A stretch of 54,749 bases of DNA from Nemertoderma westbladi (taxonomy: Eukaryota > Animalia > Xenacoelomorpha). Position numbers and translations under genes: made by a program. Location of the stretch: the NCBI GenBank assembly GCA_032718475.1, contig JAUCBJ010003640.1, positions 1-54,749 on the forward strand. Reading direction: 5' to 3'. Under the pieces are notes generated by a model. The model worked only from the letters and a program-made list of their open reading frames with translations. It was not told where the DNA came from and did not search any database. Below are positions 11,201 to 26,200 of this stretch, piece by piece (positions within the stretch are counted from its first letter, which is position 1; each line of letters starts with the position of its first letter).

Positions 11201-14200
11201 CCCCAGTGATGTGACTGAGAGAGTATCTGTCCCAGTGATGTGACTGAGAGCATCTGTCCCATTTATGTCACTGAGAGAGTATCTGTTCCAGTGATGTGAT
11301 TTAGAGAGTATCTGTCCCAGTGATGTGACTGGGAGAGTATCTGTACCAGTGATGTGACTGAGAGAGTATCTGTCCCAGTGATGTGACTGAGAGAGTATCT
11401 GTCCCAGTGATGTGACTGAGAGAGTATCTGCCCCAGTGATGTGACTGAGAGAGTATCTGTCCCAGTGATGTGACTGAGAGAGTATCTGCCCCAGTGATGT
11501 GACTGAGAGAGTATCTGTCCCAGTGATGTGACTGGGGGAGTATCTGTCCCAGTGATGTGACTGGGAGAGTATCTGTCCCAGTGATGTCACTGAGAGAGTA
11601 TCTGCCCCAGTGATGTGACTGAGAGAGTATCTGTCCCAGTGATGTGACTGAGAGCATCTGTCCCATTTATGTCACTGAGAGAGTATCTGTTCCAGTGATG
11701 TGATTTAGAGAGTATCTGTCCCAGTGATGTGACTGGGAGAGTATCTGTACCAGTGATGTGACTGAGAGAGTATCTGTCCCAGTGATGTGACTGAGAGAGT
11801 ATCTGTCCCAGTGATGTGACTGAAGAGTATCTGTCCCAGTGATGTGACTGAGAGCATCTGTCCCATTTATGTGACTGAGAGAGTATCTGTTCCAGTGATG
11901 TGATTTAGAGAGTATCTGTCCCAGTGATGTGACTGGGAGAGTATCTGTACCAGTGATGTGACTGAGAGAGTATCTGTCCCAGTGATGTGACTGAGAGCAT
12001 CTGTCCCATTTATGTGACTGAGAGAGTATCTGTCCCAGTGATGTGACTGAGAGCATCTGTCCCATTTATGTGACTGAGAGAGTATCTGTTCCAGTGATGT
12101 GATTTAGAGAGTATCTGTCCCAGTGATGTGACTGGGAGAGTATCTGTACCAGTGATGTGACTGAGAGAGTATCTGTCCCAGTGATGTAACTGAGAGAGTA
12201 TCTGTCCCAGTGATGTGACTGAGAGAGTATCTGTCCCAGTGATGTGACTGAAGAGTATCTGTCCCAGTGATGTGACTGAGAGAGTATCTGTCCCAGTGAT
12301 GTAACTGAGAGAGTATCTGTCCCAGTGATGTGACTGGGGGAGTATATGTCCCAGTGATGTGACTGAGAGAGTATCTGCCCCAGTGATGTGACTGAGAGAG
12401 TATCTGTCCCAGTGATGTGACTGAGAGAGTATCTGTCCCAGTGATGTGACTGAGAGAGTATCTGTCCCAGTGATGTGACTGAGAGAGTATCTGTCCCAGT
12501 GATGTGACTGAGAGAGTATCTGCCCCAGTGATGTGACTGAGAGAGTATCTGTCCCAGTGATGTGACTGAGAGAGTATCTGTCCCAGTGATGTGACTGAGA
12601 GAGTATCTGTCCCAGTGATGTGACTGGGGGAGTATCTGTCCCAGTGATGTGACTGGAGGAGTATCTGTCCCAGTGATGTGACTGAGAGCATCTGTCCCAT
12701 TTATGTGACTGAGAGAGTATCTGTCCCAGTGATGTGACTGGGGGAGTATATGTCCCACTGATGTGACTGGGAGAGTATCTGTATCAGGGAGGATATGTAC
12801 CAGTGATGTGACTGAGAGAGTATCTGCCCCAGTGATGTGACTGAGAGAGTATCTGTCCCAGTGATGTGACTGAGAGAGTATCTGTCCCAGTGATGTGACT
12901 GGGGGAATATCTGTCCAAGTGATGTGAATGAGAGAGTATCTGCCCCAGTGATGTGACTGAGAGAGTATCTGTCCCAGTGATGTGACTGAGAGAGTATCTG
13001 TCCCAGTGATGTGACTAGGGGAATATCTGTCCAGTGCTGTGACTGAAGAGTATCTGTCCCAGTGATGTGACTGATAAGTATCTGTCCCAGTGATATGACT
13101 GAGAGAGTATCTGTCCAAGTGATGTGACTGAGAGAGTATCTGTCCCAGTGATGTGACTGAGAGAGTATCTGTCCCAGTGATGTGACTGAGAGAGTATCTG
13201 TCCCAGTGATGGGACTGGGGGAATATCTGTCCAAGTGATGTGAATGAGAGAGTATCTGCCCCAGTGATGTGACTGAGAGAGTATCTGTCCCAGTGCTGTG
13301 ACTGTGAGTATCTGTCCCAGTGATGTGACTGGGGGAGTATATGTACCAGTGATGTGACTGAGAGAGTATCTGTCCCAGTGATGTGACTGAGAGAGTATCT
13401 GTCCCTGTGATGTGACTGGGAGAGTATCTGTCCCAGTGATGTGACTGAGAGAGTATCTGTCCCAGTGCTGTGACTGAAGAGTATCTGTCCCAGTGCTGTG
13501 ACTGAAGAGTATCTGTCCCAGTGATGTGACTGATAAGTATCTGTCCCAGTGATATGACTGAGAGAGTACCTGTCCAAGTGATGTCACTGAGAGAGTATCT
13601 GTCCCAGTGATGTGACTGAGAGAGTATCTGTCCCAGTGATGTGACTGAGAGAGTATCTGTCCCAGTGATGTGACTGAGAGAGTATCTGTCCCAGTGATGT
13701 GACTGAGAGAGTATCTGTCCCAGTGATGTGACTGAGAGAGTATCTGTCCCAGTGATGTGACTGAGAGAGTATCTGACCCAGTGATGTGACTGGGGGAGTA
13801 TCTGTCCCAGTGATGTGACTGAGAGAGTATCTGTCCCAGTGATGTGACTGAGAGAGTATCTGTCCCAGTGATGTGACTGAGAGAGTATCTGTCCCAGTGA
13901 TGTGACTGAGAGAGTATCTGTCCCAGTGCAGTGACTGAAGAGTATCTGTCCCAGTGATGTGACTGATAGAGTATCTGTCCCAGTGCTGTGACTGAAGAGT
14001 ATCTGTCCCAGTGATGTAACTGAGAGAGAATCTGCCCCAGTGATGTGACTGGGGGAGTATCTGTCCCAGTGATGTGACTGAGAGAGTATCTGTCCCAGTG
14101 ATGTGACTGAGAGAGTATCTGTCCCAGTGATGTGACTGAAGAGTATCTGTCCCAGTGATGTGACTGAGAGAGTATCTGTCCCAGTGATGTGACTGAGAGA

Positions 14201-17200
14201 GTATCTGTCCCAGTGCAGTGACTGAAGAGTATCTGTCCCAGTGATGTGACTGATAGAGTATCTGTCCCAGTGCTGTGACTGAAGAGTATCTGTCCCAGTG
14301 ATGTAACTGAGAGAGAATCTGCCCCAGTGATGTGACTGGGGGAGTATCTGTCCCAGTGATGTGACTGAGAGAGTATCTGTCCCAGTGATGTGACTGAGAG
14401 AGTATCTGTCCCAGTGATGTGACTGAGAGAGTATCTGTCCCAGTGATGTGACTGAGAGAGTATCTGTCCCAGTGATGTGACTAGGGGAATATCTGTCCCA
14501 GTGCTGTGACTGAAGAGTATCTGTCCCAGTGATGTGACTGATAAGTATCTGTCCCAGTGATATGACTGAGAGAGTATCTGTCCAAGTGATGTGACTGAGA
14601 GAGTATCTGTCCCAGTGATGTGACTAAGAGAGTATCTGTCCCAGTGATGTGACTGAGAGAGTATCTGTCCCAGTGATGTGACTGAGAGAGTATCTGTCCC
14701 AGTGATGGGACTGGGGGAATATCTGTCCAAGTGATGTGAATGAGAGAGTATCTGCCCCAGTGATGTGACTGAGAGAGTATCTGTCCCAGTGCTGTGACTG
14801 AGAGTATCTGTCCCAGTGATGTGACTGGGGGAGTATATGTACCAGTGATGTGACTGAGAGAGTATCTGTCCCAGTGATGTGACTGAGAGAGTATCTGTCC
14901 CTGTGATGTGACTGGGAGAGTATCTGTCCCAGTGATGTGACTGAGAGAGTATCTGTCCCAGTGCTGTGACTGAAGAGTATCTGTCCCAGTGCTGTGACTG
15001 AAGAGTATCTGTCCCAGGGATGTGACTGATAAGTATCTGTCCCAGTGATATGACTGAGAGAGTACCTGTCCAAGTGATGTGACTGAGAGAGTATCTGTCC
15101 CAGTGATGTGACTGAGAGAGTATCTGTCCCAGTGATGTGACTGAGAGAGTATCTGTCCCAGTGATGTGACTGAGAGAGTATCTGTCCCAGTGATGTGACT
15201 GAGAGAGTATCTGTCCCAGTGATGTGACTGAGAGAGTATCTGACCCAGTGATGTGACTGGGGGAGTATCTGTCCCAGTGATGTGACTGAGAGAGTATCTG
15301 TCCCAGTGATGTGACTGAGAGAGTATCTGTCCCAGTGATGTGACTGAGAGAGTATCTGTCCCAGTGATGTGACTGAGAGAGTATCTGTCCCAGTGCAGTG
15401 ACTGAAGAGTATCTGTCCCAGTGATGTGACTGATAGAGTATCTGTCCCAGTGCTGTGACTGAAGAGTATCTGTCCCAGTGATGTAACTGAGAGAGAATCT
15501 GCCCCAGTGATGTGACTGGGGGAGTATCTGTCCCAGTGATGTGACTGAGAGAGTATCTGTCCCAGTGATGTGACTGAGAAAGTATCTGTCCCAGTGATGT
15601 GACTGAAGAGTATCTGTCCCAGTGATGTGACTGAGAGAGTATCTGTCCCAGTGATGTGACTGAGAGAGTATCTGTCCCAGTGCAGTGACTGAAGAGTATC
15701 TGTCCCAGTGATGTGACTGATAGAGTATCTGTCCCAGTGCTGTGACTGAAGAGTATCTGTCCCAGTGATGTAACTGAGAGAGAATCTGCCCCAGTGATGT
15801 GACTGGGGGAGTATCTGTCCCAGTGATGTGACTGAGAGAGTATCTGTCCCAGTGATGTGACTGAGAGAGTATCTGTCCCAGTGATGTGACTGAAGAGTAT
15901 CTGTCCCAGTGATGTGACTGAGAGAGAATCTGCCCCAGTGATGTGACTGGGGGAGTATCTGTCCCAGTGATGTGACTGGGGGAGTATATGTCCCAGTAAT
16001 GTGACTGAGAGTATCTGTCCCAGTGATGTGACTGGGGGAGTATATGTACCAGTGATGTGACTATGTAACTGAGAGAGTATCTGTCGCAGTGATGTGACTG
16101 GGGGAGTATCTGTCCCAGTGATGTGACTGGGGGAGTATCTGTCCCTGTGATGTGACTGAGAGAGTATCTGTCCCAGTGATGTGACTGGGGGAGTATATGT
16201 ACCAGTGATGTGACTGAGAGAGTATCTGTCCCAGTGATGTAACTGAGAGTATTTGCCCCAGTGATGTGACTGGGGGAGTATATGTCCCAGTAATGTGACT
16301 GAGAGTATCTGTCCCAGTGATGTGACTGGGGGAGTATATGTACCAGTGATGTGACTATGTAACTGAGAGAGTATCTGTCGCAGTGATGTGACTGGGGGAG
16401 TATCTGTCCCAGTGATGTGACTGGGAGAGTATCTGTCCCAGTGATGTGACTGGGAGAGTATCTGTCCCAGTGATGTAACTGAGAGTATTTGCCCCAGTGA
16501 TGTGACTGGGGGAGTATATGTCCCAGTAATGTGACTGAGAGTATCTGTCCCAGTGATGTGACTGGGGGAGTATATGTACCAGTGATGTGACTATGTAACT
16601 GAGAGAGTATCTGTCGCAGTGATGTGACTGGGGGAGTATCTGTCCCAGTGATGTGACTGGGAGAGTATCTGTCCCAGTGATGTGACTGAGAGAGTATCTG
16701 TACCAGTGATGTGACTGAGAGAGTATCTGTCCCAATGATGTAACTGAGAGAGTATCTGTCCCCCCAGTGATGTGACTGGGGGAGTATCTGTCCCAGTGAT
16801 GTGACTGGGGGAGTATATGTACCAGTGATGTGACTGAGAGAGTATCTGTCCCAGTGATGTAACTGAGAGAGTATCTGTCCCAGTGATGTGACTGGGGGAG
16901 TATCTGTCCCAGTGATGTGACTGAGAGAGTATCTGTCCCAGTGATGTGACTGGGGGAGTATATGTACCAGTGATGTGACTGAGAGAGTATCTGTCCCAAT
17001 GATGTAACTGAGAGAGTATCTGTCCCAGTGATGTGACTGGGGGAGTATCTGTCCCAGTGATGTGACTGGGGGAGTATATATACCAGTGATGTGACTGAGA
17101 GAGTATCTGTCCCAGTGATGTAACTGAGAGAGTATCTGTCCCAGTGATGTGACTGGGGGAGTATCTGCCCCAGTGAAGTGACTGAGAGAGGATCTGTCCC

Positions 17201-20200
17201 AGTGATGTGACTGGGGGAGTATATGTACCAGTGCTGTGACTGAGAGTATTTGTCCCAGTGATGTGACTGGGGGAGTATATGTACCAGTGATGTGACTGGG
17301 GGAGTATCTGTCCCAGTGATGTGACTGAGAGAGTATCTGTCCCAGTGATGTGACTGGAGGAGTATCTGTCCCAGTGCTGTGACTGAGAGTATCTGTCCCA
17401 GTGATGTGACTGGGGGAGTGTATGTACCAGTGATGTGACTGGGGGAGTATCTGTCCCAGTGATGTGACTGGGGGAGTATATGTACCAGTGATGTGACTGA
17501 GAGAGTATCTGTCCCAGTGATGTAACTGAGAGAGTATCTGTCCCAGTGATGTGACTGGGGGAGTATCTGTCCCAGTGATGTGACTGATAGAGTATCTGTC
17601 CCAGTGCTGTGACTGAAGAGTATCTGTCCCAGTGATGTAACTGAGAGAGAATCTGCCCCAGTGATGTGACTGGGGGAGTATCTGTCCCAGTGATGTGACT
17701 GAGAGAGTATCTGTCCCAGTGATGTGACTGAGAGAGTATCTGTCCCAGTGATGTGACTGAAGAGTATCTGTCCCAGTGATGTGACTGAGAGAGAATCTGC
17801 CCCAGTGATGTGACTGGGGGAGTATCTGTCCCAGTGATGTGACTGGGGGAGTATATGTCCCAGTAATGTGACTGAGAGTATCTGTCCCAGTGATGTGACT
17901 GGGGGAGTATATGTACCAGTGATGTGACTATGTAACTGAGAGAGTATCTGTCGCAGTGATGTGACTGGGGGAGTATCTGTCCCAGTGATGTGACTGGGGG
18001 AGTATCTGTCCCTGTGATGTGACTGAGAGAGTATCTGTCCCAGTGATGTGACTGGGGGAGTATATGTACCAGTGATGTGACTGAGAGAGTATCTGTCCCA
18101 GTGATGTAACTGAGAGTATTTGCCCCAGTGATGTGACTGGGGGAGTATATGTCCCAGTAATGTGACTGAGAGTATCTGTCCCAGTGATGTGACTGGGGGA
18201 GTATATGTACCAGTGATGTGACTATGTAACTGAGAGAGTATCTGTCGCAGTGATGTGACTGGGGGAGTATCTGTCCCAGTGATGTGACTGGGAGAGTATC
18301 TGTCCCAGTGATGTGACTGGGAGAGTATCTGTCCCAGTGATGTAACTGAGAGTATTTGCCCCAGTGATGTGACTGGGGGAGTATATGTCCCAGTAATGTG
18401 ACTGAGAGTATCTGTCCCAGTGATGTGACTGGGGGAGTATATGTACCAGTGATGTGACTATGTAACTGAGAGAGTATCTGTCGCAGTGATGTGACTGGGG
18501 GAGTATCTGTCCCAGTGATGTGACTGGGAGAGTATCTGTCCCAGTGATGTGACTGAGAGAGTATCTGTACCAGTGATGTGACTGAGAGAGTATCTGTCCC
18601 AATGATGTAACTGAGAGAGTATCTGTCCCCCCAGTGATGTGACTGGGGGAGTATCTGTCCCAGTGATGTGACTGGGGGAGTATATGTACCAGTGATGTGA
18701 CTGAGAGAGTATCTGTCCCAGTGATGTAACTGAGAGAGTATCTGTCCCAGTGATGTGACTGGGGGAGTATCTGTCCCAGTGATGTGACTGAGAGAGTATC
18801 TGTCCCAGTGATGTGACTGGGGGAGTATATGTACCAGTGATGTGACTGAGAGAGTATCTGTCCCAATGATGTAACTGAGAGAGTATCTGTCCCAGTGATG
18901 TGACTGGGGGAGTATCTGTCCCAGTGATGTGACTGGGGGAGTATATATACCAGTGATGTGACTGAGAGAGTATCTGTCCCAGTGATGTAACTGAGAGAGT
19001 ATCTGTCCCAGTGATGTGACTGGGGGAGTATCTGCCCCAGTGAAGTGACTGAGAGAGGATCTGTCCCAGTGATGTGACTGGGGGAGTATATGTACCAGTG
19101 CTGTGACTGAGAGTATTTGTCCCAGTGATGTGACTGGGGGAGTATATGTACCAGTGATGTGACTGGGGGAGTATCTGTCCCAGTGATGTGACTGAGAGAG
19201 TATCTGTCCCAGTGATGTGACTGGAGGAGTATCTGTCCCAGTGCTGTGACTGAGAGTATCTGTCCCAGTGATGTGACTGGGGGAGTGTATGTACCAGTGA
19301 TGTGACTGGGGGAGTATCTGTCCCAGTGATGTGACTGGGGGAGTATATGTACCAGTGATGTGACTGAGAGAGTATCTGTCCCAGTGATGTAACTGAGAGA
19401 GTATCTGTCCCAGTGATGTGACTGGGGGAGTATCTGTCCCAGTGATGTGACTGAGAGAGTATCTGTCCCAGTGATGTGACAGGGGGAGTATATGTACCAG
19501 TGATGTGACTGAGAGAGTATCTGTCCCAATGATGTAACTGAGAGAGTATCTGTCCCAGTGATGTGACTGGGGGAGTATCTGTCCCAGTGATGTGACTGGG
19601 GGAGTATATGTACCAGTGATGTGACTGAGAGAGTATCTGTCCCAGTGATGTGACTGAGAGAGTATCTGTCCCAGTGATGTGACTGAAGAGTATCTGTCCC
19701 AGTGATGTGACTGAGAGAGTATCTGTCCCAGTGATGTGACTGAGAGAGTATCTGTCCCAGTGCAGTGACTGAAGAGTATCTGTCCCAGTGATGTGACTGA
19801 TAGAGTATCTGTCCCAGTGCTGTGACTGAAGAGTATCTGTCCCAGTGATGTAACTGAGAGAGAATCTGCCCCAGTGATGTGACTGGGGGAGTATCTGTCC
19901 CAGTGATGTGACTGAGAGAGTATCTGTCCCAGTGATGTGACTGAGAGAGTATCTGTCCCAGTGATGTGACTGAAGAGTATCTGTCCCAGTGATGTGACTG
20001 AGAGAGAATCTGCCCCAGTGATGTGACTGGGGGAGTATATGTCCCAGTAATGTGACTGAGAGTATCTGTCCCAGTGATGTGACTGGGGGAGTATATGTCC
20101 CAGTAATGTGACTGAGAGTATCTGTCCCAGTGATGTGACTGGGGGAGTATATGTCCCAGTAATGTGACTGAGAGTATCTGTCCCAGTGATGTGACTGGGG

Positions 20201-23200
20201 GAGTATCTGTCCCAGTGATGTGACTGGGGGAGTATATGTCCCAGTAATGTGACTGAGAGTATCTGTCCCAGTGATGTGACTGGGGGAGTATATGTCCCAG
20301 TAATGTGACTGAGAGTATCTGTCCCAGTGATGTGACTGGGGGAGTATATGTCCCAGTAATGTGACTGAGAGTATCTGTCCCAGTGATGTGACTGGGGGAG
20401 TATATGTACCAGTGATGTGACTATGTAACTGAGAGAGTATCTGTCGCAGTGATGTGACTGGGGGAGTATCTGTCCCAGTGATGTGACTGGGAGAGTATCT
20501 GTCCCAGTGATGTGACTGGGAGAGTATCTGTCCCAGTGATGTAACTGAGAGTATTTGCCCCAGTGATGTGACTGGGGGAGTATATGTCCCAGTAATGTGA
20601 CTGAGAGTATCTGTCCCAGTGATGTGACTGGGGGAGTATATGTACCAGTGATGTGACTATGTAACTGAGAGAGTATCTGTCGCAGTGATGTGACTGGGGG
20701 AGTATCTGTCCCAGTGATGTGACTGGGAGAGTATCTGTCCCAGTGATGTGACTGAGAGAGTATCTGTACCAGTGATGTGACTGAGAGAGTATCTGTCCCA
20801 ATGATGTAACTGAGAGAGTATCTGTCCCCCCAGTGATGTGACTGGGGGAGTATCTGTCCCCCCAGTGATGTGACTGGGGGAGTATCTGTCCCAGTGATGT
20901 GACTGGGGGAGTATATGTACCAGTGATGTGACTGAGAGAGTATCTGTCCCAGTGATGTAACTGAGAGAGTATCTGTCCCAGTGATGTGACTGGGGGAGTA
21001 TCTGTCCCAGTGATGTGACTGAGAGAGTATCTGTCCCAGTGATGTGACTGGGGGAGTATATGTACCAGTGATGTGACTGAGAGAGTATCTGTCCCAATGA
21101 TGTAACTGAGAGAGTATCTGTCCCAGTGATGTGACTGGGGGAGTATCTGTCCCAGTGATGTGACTGGGGGAGTATATATACCAGTGATGTGACTGAGAGA
21201 GTATCTGTCCCAGTGATGTAACTGAGAGAGTATCTGTCCCAGTGATGTGACTGGGGGAGTATCTGCCCCAGTGAAGTGACTGAGAGAGTATCTGTCCCAG
21301 TGATGTGACTGGGGGAGTATATGTACCAGTGCTGTGACTGAGAGTATTTGTCCCAGTGATGTAACTGGGGGAGTATATGTACCAGTGATGTGACTGGGGG
21401 AGTATCTGTCCCAGTGATGTGACTGAGAGAGTATCTGTCCCAGTGATGTGACTGGAGGAGTATCTGTCCCAGTGCTGTGACTGAGAGTATCTGTCCCAGT
21501 GATGTGACTGGGGGAGTATATGTACCAGTGATGTGACTGGGGGAGTATCTGTCCCAGTGATGTGACTGGGGGAGTATATGTACCAGTGATGTGACTGAGA
21601 GAGTATCTGTCCCAGTGATGTAACTGAGAGAGTATCTGTCCCAGTGATGTGACTGGGGGAGTATCTGTCCCAGTGATGTGACTGAGAGAGTATCTGTCCC
21701 AGTGATGTGACAGGGGGAGTATATGTACCAGTGATGTGACTGAGAGAGTATCTGTCCCAATGATGTAACTGAGAGAGTATCTGTCCCAGTGATGTGACTG
21801 GGGGAGTATCTGTCCCAGTGATGTGACTGGGGGAGTATATGTACCAGTGATGTGACTGAGAGAGTATCTGTCCCAGTGATGTGACTGAGAGAGTATCTGT
21901 CCCAGTGATGTGACTGAAGAGTATCTGTCCCAGTGATGTGACTGAGAGAGTATCTGTCCCAGTGATGTGACTGAGAGAGTATCTGTCCCAGTGCAGTGAC
22001 TGAAGAGTATCTGTCCCAGTGATGTGACTGATAGAGTATCTGTCCCAGTGCTGTGACTGAAGAGTATCTGTCCCAGTGATGTAACTGAGAGAGAATCTGC
22101 CCCAGTGATGTGACTGGGGGAGTATCTGTCCCAGTGATGTGACTGAGAGAGTATCTGTCCCAGTGATGTGACTGAGAGAGTATCTGTCCCAGTGATGTGA
22201 CTGAAGAGTATCTGTCCCAGTGATGTGACTGAGAGAGAATCTGCCCCAGTGATGTGACTGGGGGAGTATCTGTCCCAGTGATGTGACTGGGGGAGTATAT
22301 GTCCCAGTAATGTGACTGAGAGTATCTGTCCCAGTGATGTGACTGGGGGAGTATATGTACCAGTGATGTGACTATGTAACTGAGAGAGTATCTGTCGCAG
22401 TGATGTGACTGGGGGAGTATCTGTCCCAGTGATGTGACTGGGGGAGTATCTGTCCCTGTGATGTGACTGAGAGAGTATCTGTCCCAGTGATGTGACTGGG
22501 GGAGTATATGTACCAATGATGTGACTGAGAGAGTATCTGTCCCAGTGATGTAACTGAGAGTATTTGCCCCAGTGATGTGACTGGGGGAGTATATGTCCCA
22601 GTAATGTGACTGAGAGTATCTGTCCCAGTGATGTGACTGGGGGAGTATATGTACCAGTGATGTGACTATGTAACTGAGAGAGTATCTGTCGCAGTGATGT
22701 GACTGGGGGAGTATCTGTCCCAGTGATGTGACTGGGAGAGTATCTGTCCCAGTGATGTGACTGGGAGAGTATCTGTCCCAGTGATGTAACTGAGAGTATT
22801 TGCCCCAGTGATGTGACTGGGGGAGTATATGTCCCAGTAATGTGACTGAGAGTATCTGTCCCAGTGATGTGACTGGGGGAGTATATGTACCAGTGATGTG
22901 ACTATGTAACTGAGAGAGTATCTGTCGCAGTGATGTGACTGGGGGAGTATCTGTCCCAGTGATGTGACTGGGAGAGTATCTGTCCCAGTGATGTGACTGA
23001 GAGAGTATCTGTACCAGTGATGTGACTGAGAGAGTATCTGTCCCAGTGATGTGACTGAGAGAGTATCTGTCCCAGTGATGTGACTGAGAGAGTATCTGTA
23101 CCAGTGATGTGACTGAGAGAGTATCTGTCCCAATGATGTAACTGAGAGAGTATCTGTCCCCCCAGTGATGTGACTGGGGGAGTATCTGTCCCAGTGATGT

Positions 23201-26200
23201 GACTGGGGGAGTATATGTACCAGTGATGTGACTGAGAGAGTATCTGTCCCAGTGATGTAACTGAGAGAGTATCTGTCCCAGTGATGTGACTGGGGGAGTA
23301 TCTGTCCCAGTGATGTGACTGAGAGAGTATCTGTCCCAGTGATGTGACTGGGGGAGTATATGTACCAGTGATGTGACTGAGAGAGTATCTGTCCCAATGA
23401 TGTAACTGAGAGAGTATCTGTCCCAGTGATGTGACTGGGGGAGCATCTGTCCCAGTGATGTGACTGGGGGAGTATATATACCAGTGATGTGACTGAGAGA
23501 GTATCTGTCCCAGTGATGTAACTGAGAGAGTATCTGTCCCAGTGATGTGACTGGGGGAGTATCTGCCCCAGTGAAGTGACTGAGAGAGTATCTGTCCCAG
23601 TGATGTGACTGGGGGAGTATATGTACCAGTGCTGTGACTGAGAGTATTTGTCCCAGTGATGTGACTGGGGGAGTATATGTACCAGTGATGTGACTGGGGG
23701 AGTATCTGTCCCAGTGATGTGACTGAGAGAGTATCTGTCCCAGTGATGTGACTGGAGGAGTATCTGTCCCAGTGCTGTGACTGAGAGTATCTGTCCCAGT
23801 GATGTGACTGGGGGAGTATATGTACCAGTGATGTGACTGGGGGAGTATCTGTCCCAGTGATGTGACTGGGGGAGTATATGTACCAGTGATGTGACTGAGA
23901 GAGTATCTGTCCCAGTGATGTAACTGAGAGAGTATCTGTCCCAGTGATGTGACTGGGGGAGTATCTGTCCCAGTGATGTGACTGAGAGAGTATCTGTCCC
24001 AGTGATGTGACAGGGGGAGTATATGTACCAGTGATGTGACTGAGAGAGTATCTGTCCCAATGATGTAACTGAGAGAGTATCTGTCCCAGTGATGTGACTG
24101 GGGGAGTATCTGTCCCAGTGATGTGACTGGGGGAGTATATGTACCAGTGATGTGACTGAGAGAGTAGCTGTCCCAGTGATGTAACTGAGAGTATTTGCCC
24201 CAGTGATGTGACTGAGAGTATCTGTCTCAGTGATGTGACAGGGGGAGTATATGTACCAGTGATGTGACTGAGAGAGTATCTGTCCCAGTGATGTGACTGA
24301 GAGAGTATCTGTCCCTGTGATGTGACTGAGAGAGTATCTGTCCCAGTGATGTGACTGGGGGAGTATCTGTCCCAGTGATGTGACTGAGAGAGTATCTGTC
24401 CCAGTGATGTGACTGAGAGAGTATCTGTCCCAGTGATGTGACTGAGAGAGTATCTGTCCCAGTGATGTGACTGAGAGAGTATCTGTCCCTGTGATGTGAC
24501 TGAGAGAGTATCTGTCCCAGTGATGTGACTGGGGGAGTATATGTACCAGTGATGTGACTGAGAGAGTATCTGTCCCAGTGATGTAACTGAGAGTATTTGC
24601 CCCAGTGATGTGACTGAGAGTATCTGTCTCAGTGATGTGACAGGGGGAGTATATGTACCAGTGATGTGACTGAGAGAGTATCTGTCCCAGTGATGTGACT
24701 GAGAGAGTATCTGTCCCAGTGATGTGACTGAGAGAGTATCTGTCCCTGTGATGTGACTGAGAGAGTATCTGTCCCAGTGATGTGACTGGGGGAGTATATG
24801 TACCAGTGATGTGACTGAGAGAGTATCTGTCCCAGTGATGTAACTGAGAGTATTTGCCCCAGTGATGTGACTGAGAGTATCTGTCTCAGTGATGTGACAG
24901 GGGGAGTATATGTACCAGTGATGTGACTGAGAGAGTATCTGTCCCTGTGATGTGACTGGTCCCAGTGATGTAACTGGGGGAGTATCTGTCCCAGTGATGT
25001 GACTGGGGGAGTATCTGCCCCAGTGAAGTGACTGAGAGAGTATCTGTCCCAGAGATGTGACTGGGGGAGTATATGTACCAGTGATGTGACTGGGGGAGTA
25101 TCTGTCCCAGTGATGTGACTGAGAGAGTATCTGTCACAGTGATGTGACTGGAGGAGTATCTGTCCCAGTGCTGTGACTGAGAGTATCTGTCCCAGTGATG
25201 TGACTGGGGGAGTATATGTACCAGTGATGTGACTGAAAGAGTATCTGTCCCAGTGATGTGACTGAGAGAGTATCTGTCCCAGTGATGTAACTGAGAGAGT
25301 ATCTGTCCCAGTGATGTGACTGGAGGAGTATCTGTCCCAGTGCTGTGACTGAGAGAGTATCTGTCCCAGTGATGTAACTGAGAGAGTATCTGTCCCAGTG
25401 ATGTGACTGTAGGAGTATCTGTCCCAGTGCTGTGACTGAGAGTATCTGTCCCAGCGATGTGACTGAAGAGTATCTGTCCCAGTGATGTAACTGGGGGAGT
25501 ATCTGTCCCAGTGATGTGACTGAGAGAGTATCTGTCCCAGTGATGTAACTGAGAGAGTATCTGTCCCAGTGATGTGACTGAGAGAGTATCTGTCCCAGTG
25601 ATGTGACTGAGAGAGTATCTGTCCCAGTGCTGTGACTGAGAGTATCTGTCCCAGTGATGTGACTGGGGGAGTATCTGTCCCAGTGATGTGAATGAAGAGT
25701 ATCTGTCCCAGTGATGTAACTGGGGGAGTATCTGTCCCAGTGATGTGACTGAGAGAGTATCTGTCCCAGTGATGTAACTGAGAGAGTATCTGTACAAGTG
25801 ATGTGACTGGGGGAGTATCTGTCCCAGTGCTGTGACTGAGAGTATCTGTCTCAGTGATGTGACAGGGGGGAGTATATGTACCAGTGATGTGACTGAGAGA
25901 GTATCTGTCCCAGTGATGTGACTGAGAGAGTATCTGTCCCAGTGATGTAACTGAGAGAGTATTTGTCCCAGTGATGTGACTGGGGGAGTATATGTACCAG
26001 TGATGTGACTGGGGGAGTATCTGTCCCAGTGATGTGACTGAGAGAGTATCTGTCCCAGTGATGTAACTGAGAGAGTATCTGTCCCAGTGATGTGACTGAG
26101 AGAGTATCTGTCCCAGTGATGTGACTGAGAGAGTATCTGTCCCAGTGATGTAACAGAGAGAGTATCTGTCCCAGTGATGTGACTGGGGGAGTATCTGTCC